From the NCBI GenBank assembly GCA_043747815.1, contig JAYTOL010000037.1:11695-75694 (forward strand): 64,000 nt of DNA, given 5' to 3'. This document shows, piece by piece, positions 1 through 11,794 of this stretch. The position numbers and the translations under genes are program-made. The notes under the pieces are model-generated. The model searched no databases, was not told the DNA's origin, and was given only the letters and a program-made list of their open reading frames with translations. The stretch comes from Deltaproteobacteria bacterium (GTDB lineage Bacteria > Myxococcota_A > Polyangia > Polyangiales > Polyangiaceae). Position 1 is the first letter of the stretch. Each line of letters starts with the position of its first letter.

Positions 1-2910
<2,910 letters not shown>

Positions 2911-2914
<4 letters not shown>

Positions 2915-3900
2915 GGCTGGATTTCGCCCTTTCGGGGCTGGGCAAAGGCTGAGACGACCTCGAAGTACGGCTTCTTGCGCTCGCGTGAACAGATACGGCA
3001 CTGCCGTACGTCAAACCCGTTGGTTTCGAGCAGCGACGTGAGCTCGCCGATCTCGAAGCCGGGGACGAGGTGCTGGTATTGGGCCGTGATGGCCTCATGG
3101 GAGTGACGGTGCAAGCACATCAGCGCGAGCGTACCGCCGGGGCGTAGCACACGAGCCATCTCGCGCGTCACGACGTCGGGCGCGTGTGAGTAGGTGAGGG
3201 CATTGAAGAAAATGATTTGATCAAAGCTCTCTCTCTCGAAGGGCAGCTCGTGCATGTCGCCTTGCCGGCAGAGGACGTGGTCGAAGCGCCCCAGCCTTTT
3301 CCGAGCCGCTTTTACCATGCGCTCACTGCGATCGAGGCACACGATGCTCTTGGCGTGCGGGGCCACGAGCTCCGCGAGCACGCCATCCCCCGAGCACAGA
3401 TCCAGCACGTCCCCCAGCAGAGAAAAACCGAGCAGCCCACGCGCGGTCGCCTCCCAGGTGCGCCCGGGAGAGTAGTGCCGTTCCATCTCGCCGGCCACAG
3501 CGTCGAGCCAGGGGCTCTTTCCCGCCCTGGCCCGCAAAAGGTCATCGAGCCGGCGGCGATCGGATTCGATCACGGCGTCCGTCAATGACGCCTGGAGCCG
3601 TGACCAAAGCTGCCGGGCGTGCTCCGGCATGCTGCTGTCGAGCGCGTAGAAGCTCGACGAGCCCGCGCGCCGGTCCCGGAGCAAACCGGCATCGCGCAAC
3701 TTAGCGAGATGAGTAGAAATTCTCGACTGAGTGAGGTTGGTGATTTGGGTCAGCTCCGCGACGGTCAGCTCCTCGGCGGCGAGCAACGCCAGGAGGCGAA
3801 CTCGTGTGCCGTCCGCCATGGCGCTCATCAGCTCCACCATGGATTCCAGAGAGAGGCATCCGTCCATCGAGATAGACGGATTACCATATTTGAGCCCCAA
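2911..3900 (-). CDS. ArsR-family HTH fused to a class I SAM-methyltransferase-like domain (SahR-like regulator of the methionine/SAM cycle)
   Basis: Winged HTH: [42 protein letters not shown]. Methyltransferase motif I: VLDLCSGDG. The stop TGA overlaps the metH ATG (ATGA at 2911-2914). The start is uncertain (in-frame ATG at 3900, 3867 or 3840). Confidence 0.8.
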
Positions 3901-4074
3901 AGTGTCAAGCTAGGCAAGGCCGTGGGCCTGGTGGCCGAGCCGCGCGTCAGGGGCAGGGCGAACCCGGCCAGATAGGCGCCTCTGCAGTCGGCACTTTCTC
4001 TACATTGGTCGAAACCCGGCGCGGACTTCAGGTTTCTCCGATTAGGGTCCGTCGCCGCGTTGGCGTCTTCCCCA

Positions 4075-7017
4075 ATGTCCCACCCCATCCATCGGCGTTT
4101 GTTGGCCGAGCAACTCCTCGGTTTGCGCCGCTCGACCGAGGGTCGTCGCTATGCGTCGGCCCAGCGCGGCGGGCGCATCGACGCCAACCCTCACCAGGTC
4201 GACGCGGTGATTTTCGCGCTCGGGAGGGTGCGTGAGGGGGGCTGCATCCTGGCTGACGAGGTGGGGCTGGGAAAAACCATCGAGGCAGGCCTGGTGATGG
4301 CCCAGCTACGTGCCGAGGGGGCGACCCGCATCCTGCTCGTGGCGCCCAAAGCCCTGCTCGGTCAGTGGCGCGAGGAGCTCTTCACGCTCTTCGGCGTAAC
4401 CGCCACCGAGCCCGGCCTGGGCGCGGACGCCTTCGAAGGGCCGGGCGTGTTTCTGATCGGTCGCGACCTGCTCGGCAGCGAGCTCGGGCTGTCGCGCCTG
4501 CTCTCGGCCGGCCCTTTCGACCTGTGCGTGGTCGATGAAGCGCACGAGGTCTTCGCAGGCATCTATCGCCGCTTCGATCGCTCCGGCAACTACATCAGCG
4601 ACTCGCCGTACGCCAAGATCGCGGGCCGCTTGCGGCTGCTCCTGGGCGGGCAGACGCCCGTGCTGTTGCTCACGGCGACGCCGCTTCAGAATTCGCTCGC
4701 GGAGCTCTGGGGCCTCGTCCAGTACGTGGACCGGAGCGGCACGTTGCTCGGAGATTTGCCGACATTTCGTCAGATGTTCTGCTCTGACGACGACCGCATG
4801 CTGTTGTCCGGTCAGGAGCTGGATCTGCAGCGCCGCATGCAGGTCGTCGTGCGCCGAACGTTGCGGCGCCAGGCCCAGGAGTTCATGAAGACGCCGTTCG
4901 TGACGCGGCGGGCCCGCCTGTTCGAGTACGACATGACCCCGGACGAACGCGCCCTCTACGACGACGTGACCCTGTATCTGCTCACGCCGGGGCTCGCAGC
5001 ATTTCGCGGCCCGCATCGGCGTCTGCTGGTGCTCGGCTTTCATCGCCGCATGGCCTCGTCACACCGGGCCCTCGCGACCAGCCTGGGGCGGGTCGCGGAG
5101 CGCTTGCGCGGCCTGCTCGCGGGCGCAGACGTCGATCCAGCGCTCGAGCTTGCCGATGACCTGGAGGAGGGCGACGAGGTCGCGCCAACGGACAGCGACG
5201 AAGGGCCCGCGCCCGAAGCCGCGAACATCTCGGCCGAGCTCGCGCTCGTGGAGAGCTTGATTGCGCGGCTCGGGGGCCTCGCCACCGACAGCAAGGCGCG
5301 GGCGCTGCTCGACGCCGTGCGCGTGTCGAGCCAGGCCGCCGCGCGGGGAGAAGGCAGCGGCAAGCTCGTGATCTTCACCGAGTCGCTGTCGACGCAGGAC
5401 TACCTGCGCGAGCTGTTGATCGGCTCGGGCCTGGCAGAGGACGGCGAGATCACGCTGTTTCGAGGGCAAAACGTCTCGCCCCGAGCGATCGAGGCCCTGC
5501 GGCATTGGGAGGAAGAAGTAGCCAAGAACCTCGGGGAGGGTGCACGCCCGAGCCGCGACGTGGCGGTGCGCCTGGCGTTGGTGCACGAGTTCAGGAGCCG
5601 CTCGCACGTGTTCATCGCGACCGAGGCCGGCGCCAAGGGGCTCAATCTACAGTTCTGCGACACGGTGATTAATTATGATCTCCCGTGGAACCCGCAGCGC
5701 ATCGAACAACGCATCGGGCGCTGCCACCGCTACGGTCAGCAGCGAGACGTCACAGTCATCAATTTTCTGGCGCGCGATAACGCCGCTCAACGCTTGACCT
5801 TCGAAATTTTGAGCCGCAAGCTCGAGCTGTTCGGCGCCGTGTTAGACGCCTCGGATCACGTACTGTACGAGCCGAGCGGGCAGAGCCCCGGCGTCGTGCT
5901 CTCGGCGCTCTCCAGCGATTTTGTGAGCGAGCTCTCGCGCATTTATCAGGGGGCTCGCAGCGTGGCTCAGATCGAAGCGGGGTTGTCCCGCCTGAGCGCC
6001 TCTCTCGATCTCCAGCGCGCCGAGGTGGAGGCCAGCCACGAGCGCACGGCAGGGCTCATCGCGTCGCGCTTCGACGCGAGCGTGCGCAAGACCTTTCGCC
6101 ATATCGCAGAGGAGCTGCCGCTGCATCTCGGTGAGTTGGATCGGGACCTCGAGCGCCTGCTCTGCGACTACCTGCAGGATCGCCGGGTCGGCTATCTTCG
6201 TAGCGCCTCGAGCGCCGGGGTGGGCATCGAGGTCGAGCCCAACCAGGTCTTGCCCGAGCCGTTCAGCGCCGGCGTGCACGTGGTGATCGGGGCCAATCGA
6301 GCCCTCTCCGCTGGCGAAGCGCTGCACCTCGGCCATCCGCTCGTGCAGCTCGCCGCTGCCGCCGCGCGGGACTCCACGCGCGAGCCGTTCCGAATACGCA
6401 TGGGCCAGGCAGACCCGAGCCCAGAGCTCTTGCCGCTGCGCGGTCGCCGCGGTCGGCTCCGCGTCATCAAGCTGCGTTACCCCGGTTTTGAGCCGGTCGA
6501 TCGCCTCGTACCCGTTGCCGTGCTGGAGCAAGGGCATCCCGGGATCGATCCTGAGACCACGCTGCGCTTGCTGCACGGGCCGCTCGAGCCCCTGCCGGAG
6601 CTCGAGACGGCGGTGACCGAGTCGGAGCTCCAGGAGGCCGTCGAGGAGGCGCTTTTCCTCGATGAGCGCGCCGTGTCGGTGCTGGAGCAGCAGCTCTTCG
6701 AACGCGCGATGAGCCAGCTGGAGCGCTTCATCGAAGATCGCGTGCTGATCCTGAAGCGAAGCCGGGAAGAGGTCACCCGTCGCATCAAGAGCGGCCGGCG
6801 AGATCGCGACACGGCAGCCGGCTCCGACGCGCGCACGCGGGTGGAGGCGCTGCTCGAGCGGTCGGAGCGCGAGCTGGAAGCACTTGACGCGGAGCTCGCC
6901 CGTCTGCAATCCCGAGATGACGATGGCTACCAGCGCTGGCGAAAGCATGCCTATGATCGGCGCTATGCACCGCCGGAGCGAGAGTCGATTCTGGACGTGG
7001 AGTTTGTGATTGGATGA
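4075..7017 (+). CDS. SNF2/RapA-like superfamily 2 helicase with a ~400-aa C-terminal extension of unknown function
   Basis: Motifs: ILADEVGLGKTIEAG (motif I), VVDEAHEV (DEAH), LLLTATPLQNS (III), ATEAGAKGLNLQ, and NYDLPWNPQRIEQRIGRCHRYGQ (V/VI). The ORF opens at TTG 4060; the first ATG is at 4075. The C-terminus has a short coiled-coil segment (ELEALDAELARLQ). Confidence 0.9.
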   Translation: MSHPIHRRLLAEQLLGLRRSTEGRRYASAQRGGRIDANPHQVDAVIFALGRVREGGCILADEVGLGKTIEAGLVMAQLRAEGATRILLVAPKALLGQWREELFTLFGVTATEPGLGADAFEGPGVFLIGRDLLGSELGLSRLLSAGPFDLCVVDEAHEVFAGIYRRFDRSGNYISDSPYAKIAGRLRLLLGGQTPVLLLTATPLQNSLAELWGLVQYVDRSGTLLGDLPTFRQMFCSDDDRMLLSGQELDLQRRMQVVVRRTLRRQAQEFMKTPFVTRRARLFEYDMTPDERALYDDVTLYLLTPGLAAFRGPHRRLLVLGFHRRMASSHRALATSLGRVAERLRGLLAGADVDPALELADDLEEGDEVAPTDSDEGPAPEAANISAELALVESLIARLGGLATDSKARALLDAVRVSSQAAARGEGSGKLVIFTESLSTQDYLRELLIGSGLAEDGEITLFRGQNVSPRAIEALRHWEEEVAKNLGEGARPSRDVAVRLALVHEFRSRSHVFIATEAGAKGLNLQFCDTVINYDLPWNPQRIEQRIGRCHRYGQQRDVTVINFLARDNAAQRLTFEILSRKLELFGAVLDASDHVLYEPSGQSPGVVLSALSSDFVSELSRIYQGARSVAQIEAGLSRLSASLDLQRAEVEASHERTAGLIASRFDASVRKTFRHIAEELPLHLGELDRDLERLLCDYLQDRRVGYLRSASSAGVGIEVEPNQVLPEPFSAGVHVVIGANRALSAGEALHLGHPLVQLAAAAARDSTREPFRIRMGQADPSPELLPLRGRRGRLRVIKLRYPGFEPVDRLVPVAVLEQGHPGIDPETTLRLLHGPLEPLPELETAVTESELQEAVEEALFLDERAVSVLEQQLFERAMSQLERFIEDRVLILKRSREEVTRRIKSGRRDRDTAAGSDARTRVEALLERSERELEALDAELARLQSRDDDGYQRWRKHAYDRRYAPPERESILDVEFVIG

Positions 7018-7042
7018 CGAGCTACTCGCAGGCGAGGGCCTT

Positions 7043-8194
7043 GTGGCGCTGAAGCTCGTGCACACCGCCGACTGGCACCTCGGAATGACATTCCCGAGCT
7101 TCGACGCGGACGCGCGTCTGCGGCTGTCGCGCGCTCGGCTGGAGGTCGTCGATCGGATCCTGGGGCTGGCGGAGCGGCACACGGTGCACGCCGTGCTGTG
7201 CGCGGGGGATTTGTTTGACGATCCGGATCCACCGCGCGAGTGGTGGGAGGGGCTCTCGCGAAAGCTTCAAGCTCGGCGCTGGGTGGGGCGACCGCTGTTT
7301 CTCCTGCCCGGCAATCACGATCCGCTGACGCAGAATGGCGTGTACGCCAAAAATCATGCGTTTCGTTCGGCCTTGCCGGACTGGGTGCACGTTGTGGATC
7401 GCGACGACTTCAGCTTCGAGCTCGCAGACGGCGCCATGCTCTTCGCGGCGCCCTGTCGCTCCCGCTCGGAGAGTCGGGACCTGGCGCTGACCCTGCTGCC
7501 GGAGCGCCAGCGCGGCGACGAGGGCGTGCGCATCGGCATGGTGCATGGCCAGACCTTCGACCTGCCGGGTTGTCAGATCAACTTCCCCATCGCGCCCGAC
7601 GCGGCGGAGCGAAAAGGGCTCGACTACTTGGCGATCGGGGACACCCACGGCTTCCGTGACGTGACGCCTGATCGGCACGCGCCGACCGTCTACCCCGGCG
7701 CGCCGGAGCCGACCCACTTCGGCGAAAGAAAGCCGGGCCACGCCGCGGTCGTGTACTTTCCCAAGGACCGGCGGCGGCGCGCTCTGGTGCGCGAGGAGTT
7801 GGTGGGGCATTTTAGCTGGGAGGTCCTCACGGTCACCAGCCTGGAGGAGCTCGAAGGCCTGGCGGCGCGCGACCTCCGGCAGCATGTCGTGCGCCTCGTG
7901 CTCGACCTGCGCGCCAGCGTCGATGAATTTGACGCCATCGAGAAAATCCTGATCCAGCTCTCCGGTACGGATGCAGCGCACGGCACTGTCGGGGTCCTGC
8001 AGGTCGACCGTGCACGGCTGCGGCTGGATACGCTCAATCTAGAGGCGACGCTCGAGCAGGCACCGGACGTGCTACGGCGGGCGGCGGCGCGCTTGCGCGA
8101 GCTCGAGCAGCAACACGGTCCAGACACTGACCAAGGCGAGATCGCGCGGCGCGCGCTCTACCAGTTGTACCGGCTGACGCGTGAGGCGAGCTGA
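7043..8194 (+). CDS. SbcD/Mre11/YhaO-like metallophosphoesterase (DNA exonuclease family)
   Basis: Calcineurin-like phosphoesterase motifs appear in order: HTADWHLG, CAGDLFDD, LPGNHD, MVHG, GDTHG. The ORF opens at TTG 7010, overlapping the SNF2 stop by 8 nt. GTG 7043 preceded by GAGGG gives the family-typical N-terminus (V)ALKLVHTADWHLG. The start choice is uncertain. Confidence 0.85.
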   Translation: MALKLVHTADWHLGMTFPSFDADARLRLSRARLEVVDRILGLAERHTVHAVLCAGDLFDDPDPPREWWEGLSRKLQARRWVGRPLFLLPGNHDPLTQNGVYAKNHAFRSALPDWVHVVDRDDFSFELADGAMLFAAPCRSRSESRDLALTLLPERQRGDEGVRIGMVHGQTFDLPGCQINFPIAPDAAERKGLDYLAIGDTHGFRDVTPDRHAPTVYPGAPEPTHFGERKPGHAAVVYFPKDRRRRALVREELVGHFSWEVLTVTSLEELEGLAARDLRQHVVRLVLDLRASVDEFDAIEKILIQLSGTDAAHGTVGVLQVDRARLRLDTLNLEATLEQAPDVLRRAAARLRELEQQHGPDTDQGEIARRALYQLYRLTREAS

Positions 8195-11100
8195 GTGAAG
8201 TTTCGTCGACTCGAGGTGCGCTCGTACCGGGCGATCGACGAAGCCTTGCTGGACTTCGGTCCGGGCCTCAACGTGCTGTACGGGCCCAACGACCTCGGCA
8301 AGACCACGCTCGCTTCGGCGATGCGGGCAGCGCTGCTCCTACCGGCGGATTCGACGGCGCATCAAGCTTTCGTGGCCTGGCATGGCGCTGAGCCGCCTCG
8401 CGTGAGCCTGAGCTTCGAAAGCGACGCCGTCGTGTATCGGGTCACCAAGACCTTTGGTCTGGGCTCGCTCGGCTCGGCGCGCCTCGAGAGCTCGCCGGAC
8501 GGGCTGTCGTTTCACGAAGACGAGCGAGGGCGAGCCGTCGATCGGCGCCTGCGCGAGCTCTTGCGCTGGGGCATCGAGGCGCCCGGGGGCAAGGGCGGCG
8601 GGAAAGGGTTGCCGGAGAGCTTTTTGAGCCATGTGCTGCTCGCGGCACAAGCGGGCGTGCCCATGATCCTGGAGCGAACACTGATCGGCGATCGGGACAC
8701 CTCCGGGCGAGAGCGCCTGCACGACGCACTCGCCGCCCTGGCGCAAGACCCGCTGTTCAAGCGCGTGCTCGAGGCGGCGCAGGCCAAGGTCGACGCGGCG
8801 TTCACGCCCACGGGGCGCCGCAAGACGGGCCAAAATTCTCCCTTCGCCCCGCTCAAGGAGCAGATCACCCAGCTCGCGCAGGAGTTCGAGCGCCTGAGCC
8901 ATCAGCGGCGCGAGAGCGAAGACGTGCAGCAGCGTATCGAGCAGCTGAGCGACGAGCGGCTGGCCCAGGAGGCTGAAGTGGCGGCGCTCGAGCAGCGTGT
9001 CACGGCCCAAGCAGCCCTGCTCGAGCGGCGCGCGGCGCATCAGCGCGCTATCGACTGCCACTCGGCGGCCAAGCACGTCGTCCTCGGCCACGCTGGCTTG
9101 CAGGCAGAGTTGACCCGGCTCAGGGCCGAGCTCGGCGCGACACGTGAGCGAGCCGAGCTCAACGCACAAAAGCTCGCAGCCGCTGCCGCGCTCCTCAGTG
9201 AGGCGGAAGCCCGCGCCGCCGCTGGTGATCGAGCGCTCGCGGACCTGAGCAGTGAGCTCCCGCTCGAACGGCAGGCGCTCGAGCGAGCGGCTCTGCAGGC
9301 TGAGCACCAGGAGCGGCGCGAGGCGTTGCTGGCCGCGGAAGAGCTCACACTTTTGGAGTCCGCCGCACTGGCGGCAGAAGCGGCGTGGCAGGCGGAGCAC
9401 CGCGAGCTCGAGGTCGCCGAAGCCGCTGAGGGGGCGCTCCGACAGAAGCTGCAGGAGGTGGAGGCAGCGCTCGCCGAAGCGCGTCAGCTCGAGCTCGCTT
9501 GCCAGTGGCGCGAAGCCAACGCATGCGCCGACAGGGCTCGCGCCGCGCGCGGCGATGCACTCGAGCTCGAGGCGAAAGCGAGCGCGCTCAGGGCTCGCGC
9601 CACGGCCGATGACGCCGCCGGGCGCCGCCTCGCCGAGACGTCTCCCGCGACGCTCAACGAGCTGCGCAGCCTGGACGGGCAGATTCGGGTCGCGGCGGGT
9701 CGCCTCGAGGTCGGGCTCGCTGTCGCTCTGACGCTGCCCGTCGGCTGTGACGTGGCGCTCTCCATCGACGGAGTGGCCGAGCCGCGACGGGTGGGCACCG
9801 GGCAGCGGATCTGGAGCCGCGGTCGCAGTCGGGTGCAGGCGCGGGTGTCTGGGGGCATCGAGCTCGAAGCCGTGGCTGGAGATCCTGAGCTGCGAGAGAA
9901 GCTGGCCCTGCTCGAGCGGCGCTGGGCCGAAGAGGCGGTCCCCTTGCTGCAGGCGGCCGGGGCGGACACGCTCGACGCTTTGGCCGAACGGCTCGAGGCA
10001 GAGCGGGCGCGTTTGCGCGACGCTGCGGCGGCGCTGCGCGAGTCCGTATCGCTCGAGGCTCGCGCCGCGGAGAAGCGAGAGCGTGGGCTCGAGCTCGAGG
10101 TGTGGGAGCAACGCGCCGAGCAGCGGCGGCAGGCGCTCGGCCGCCTGGAGCTTTCGGAGCTGCGCGGGCCGCTGGACGAGCTGGGGGCGGCTTGGGAGGT
10201 CGAGCTCCAGAAGCGCATCGGGGCTGCCAATGCCGAACGAGCCCGCGCGAGCGCCGCGCTCGAAGCTCGAGCAGCGGCGTTGGTACGAGTCACGACACGG
10301 CTCGGTGCGCTCGCTGAGAGCCGAGACGCCGCGAGCACACGACGTGACGCCGCCTTGGCACGGCACGGCCTCTCGGACGTCGAGCGGCCGTCGCTTCTGC
10401 AGCTGAAGCAGCGCGTGACGAGCGCCGAACAGGCCAAAGCGGCTGCCGCGGGCAAGCTCGAGGCCTGGGAGCGCCGGCTCGCTCTGCAAAGCGCCGACGC
10501 GCGCCGCGCGCGGGAGCAGGCGGCGTTGGCCCTCAGCGAAGCCCGCCGCGCTCACGACGCCGCTCAGGCGGCGAGCTTGGCGGCGCGAGAAGGAGAGCTC
10601 ACGCTGGCCGCCCGTGTGCGCGAACGCGAGCATCACTTGGGTGGGGTCGACATGCTAGCGGGTCGCCTGGAGCTCGAGCGCGCAGAGGCCGAGCTCCGTG
10701 GGTTCGGCGAGCTCGATGAGCTGACGCTCGAAGACCTGGCGCGAAGCGAAGGCGAGCTCGAGCGAGCGCGGGCCGAGCTCCAGCGCTCGGTCGGTGAATT
10801 GCGGCGTGCAGAGGGTGCGCTCGGGCACGTCGGCGGAGACGTGGTGGTCGAGCGAGAGCGGCAGACGCGGGAAGCGCTGGAGCGTGCCCGCGCGCTCGAG
10901 CTCGACCAGGAGCGCGAATACGAAGCTTTTCGCCTGCTCGCAGAGACGCTGCGCGGGGTCGAGAACGAAGCAGGCGCACACCTCGGCCGAGCGCTGGAGG
11001 CGCCCGTCAGCGAGCGCTTCGAGCGCTTGACCGAAGGGCGCTATCGCAACGTGGGTCTCGACTCGGGCCTCGGGCTTCAGGGCGTGTTCGTGGCGGGGCA

Positions 11101-11452
11101 GGCGCGTGCCTATCGCGATCTGTCCGAGGGCACGCAGGAGCAGCTGGCCACCATCTTGCGCCTGTGCATTGCCGAGCACCTGCAGACCGCGATCGTGCTC
11201 GACGATCACTTGGCGCAGACGCACCGCCGGCGCGCGGAGTGGTTTCGCCAGACGCTGCGCGAGGCGGCTCTGCGCATTCAGATCATCGTGCTCACCGCCC
11301 GACCCGAAGACTATCTCTCGCCCGCTGAGCTCGGTGACGGCACAGCGCCGCGCGAGGCGTCAGGCGCCCTCGTGCGAGCCATCGATCTCGAAGGGGTGAT
11401 CAAGCGCGCCGTCTACACTGCCGCGGCTTCACGCGAGGCCGCCGAGGGCTGA
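8195..11452 (+). CDS. SbcC/Rad50/YhaN-like SMC-type ATPase (long coiled coil, no CxxC zinc hook)
   Basis: GTG 8195 directly follows the upstream TGA (8192-8194). Head motifs: Walker A YGPNDLGKTT, signature LSEGTQEQL, Walker B IVLDDHL. Between the heads lie several hundred residues of A/E/R/L-rich heptad-like sequence. Confidence 0.85.
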   Translation: MKFRRLEVRSYRAIDEALLDFGPGLNVLYGPNDLGKTTLASAMRAALLLPADSTAHQAFVAWHGAEPPRVSLSFESDAVVYRVTKTFGLGSLGSARLESSPDGLSFHEDERGRAVDRRLRELLRWGIEAPGGKGGGKGLPESFLSHVLLAAQAGVPMILERTLIGDRDTSGRERLHDALAALAQDPLFKRVLEAAQAKVDAAFTPTGRRKTGQNSPFAPLKEQITQLAQEFERLSHQRRESEDVQQRIEQLSDERLAQEAEVAALEQRVTAQAALLERRAAHQRAIDCHSAAKHVVLGHAGLQAELTRLRAELGATRERAELNAQKLAAAAALLSEAEARAAAGDRALADLSSELPLERQALERAALQAEHQERREALLAAEELTLLESAALAAEAAWQAEHRELEVAEAAEGALRQKLQEVEAALAEARQLELACQWREANACADRARAARGDALELEAKASALRARATADDAAGRRLAETSPATLNELRSLDGQIRVAAGRLEVGLAVALTLPVGCDVALSIDGVAEPRRVGTGQRIWSRGRSRVQARVSGGIELEAVAGDPELREKLALLERRWAEEAVPLLQAAGADTLDALAERLEAERARLRDAAAALRESVSLEARAAEKRERGLELEVWEQRAEQRRQALGRLELSELRGPLDELGAAWEVELQKRIGAANAERARASAALEARAAALVRVTTRLGALAESRDAASTRRDAALARHGLSDVERPSLLQLKQRVTSAEQAKAAAAGKLEAWERRLALQSADARRAREQAALALSEARRAHDAAQAASLAAREGELTLAARVREREHHLGGVDMLAGRLELERAEAELRGFGELDELTLEDLARSEGELERARAELQRSVGELRRAEGALGHVGGDVVVERERQTREALERARALELDQEREYEAFRLLAETLRGVENEAGAHLGRALEAPVSERFERLTEGRYRNVGLDSGLGLQGVFVAGQARAYRDLSEGTQEQLATILRLCIAEHLQTAIVLDDHLAQTHRRRAEWFRQTLREAALRIQIIVLTARPEDYLSPAELGDGTAPREASGALVRAIDLEGVIKRAVYTAAASREAAEG

Positions 11453-11482
11453 GAGCGCCCCTTTCTGCGTTGCCTTCGCGCT

Positions 11483-11794
11483 TCAGCGCCCGGTGGGCTC
11501 TCGGGTCGCGCCGTCTGCCTTCTTTTTGGCGAGCGTGAGCTGCAGCTGGAAGAGCGCGAGCTGCTTTCGTTCTCGATCGGCGAACCCAGCTCGGTCGGCC
11601 GCGTGCTCCTTACGCCAGACCAGGATCAAGAGCGCGAGCGACCCCACGAACGCGAGCGCGGCGACCATCCCCACGGCGTTGGCCCCCGCTTCGGGGCCTG
11701 GGCCACGCGTCTTGGCCATCACCAGCGCGATCGCCGAGAGCGAGACCGCCGCGCCAAGCGCACGGCGGAATCGGCGCAGCGTCGGCAGATCCAT
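11483..11794 (-). CDS. Small two-TM membrane protein, function unknown
   Basis: Two hydrophobic segments (AVSLSAIALVMA; VGMVAALAFVGSLALLILVW). The ATG at 11794-11792 overlaps the glgP stop (TGATG), suggesting translational coupling. No recognisable domain. Confidence 0.5.
   Translation of the reverse strand: MDLPTLRRFRRALGAAVSLSAIALVMAKTRGPGPEAGANAVGMVAALAFVGSLALLILVWRKEHAADRAGFADRERKQLALFQLQLTLAKKKADGATREPTGR

Noticed and set aside
8339-10636. 765-aa minus-strand ORF opposite the SbcC-like gene, and the 446-aa ORF 5842..7182 opposite the SNF2 gene
   Set aside because: They are low-complexity Arg/Leu/Ala/Gln-rich mirror images of coiled-coil coding sequence. The plus strand carries intact ATPase and helicase motifs.
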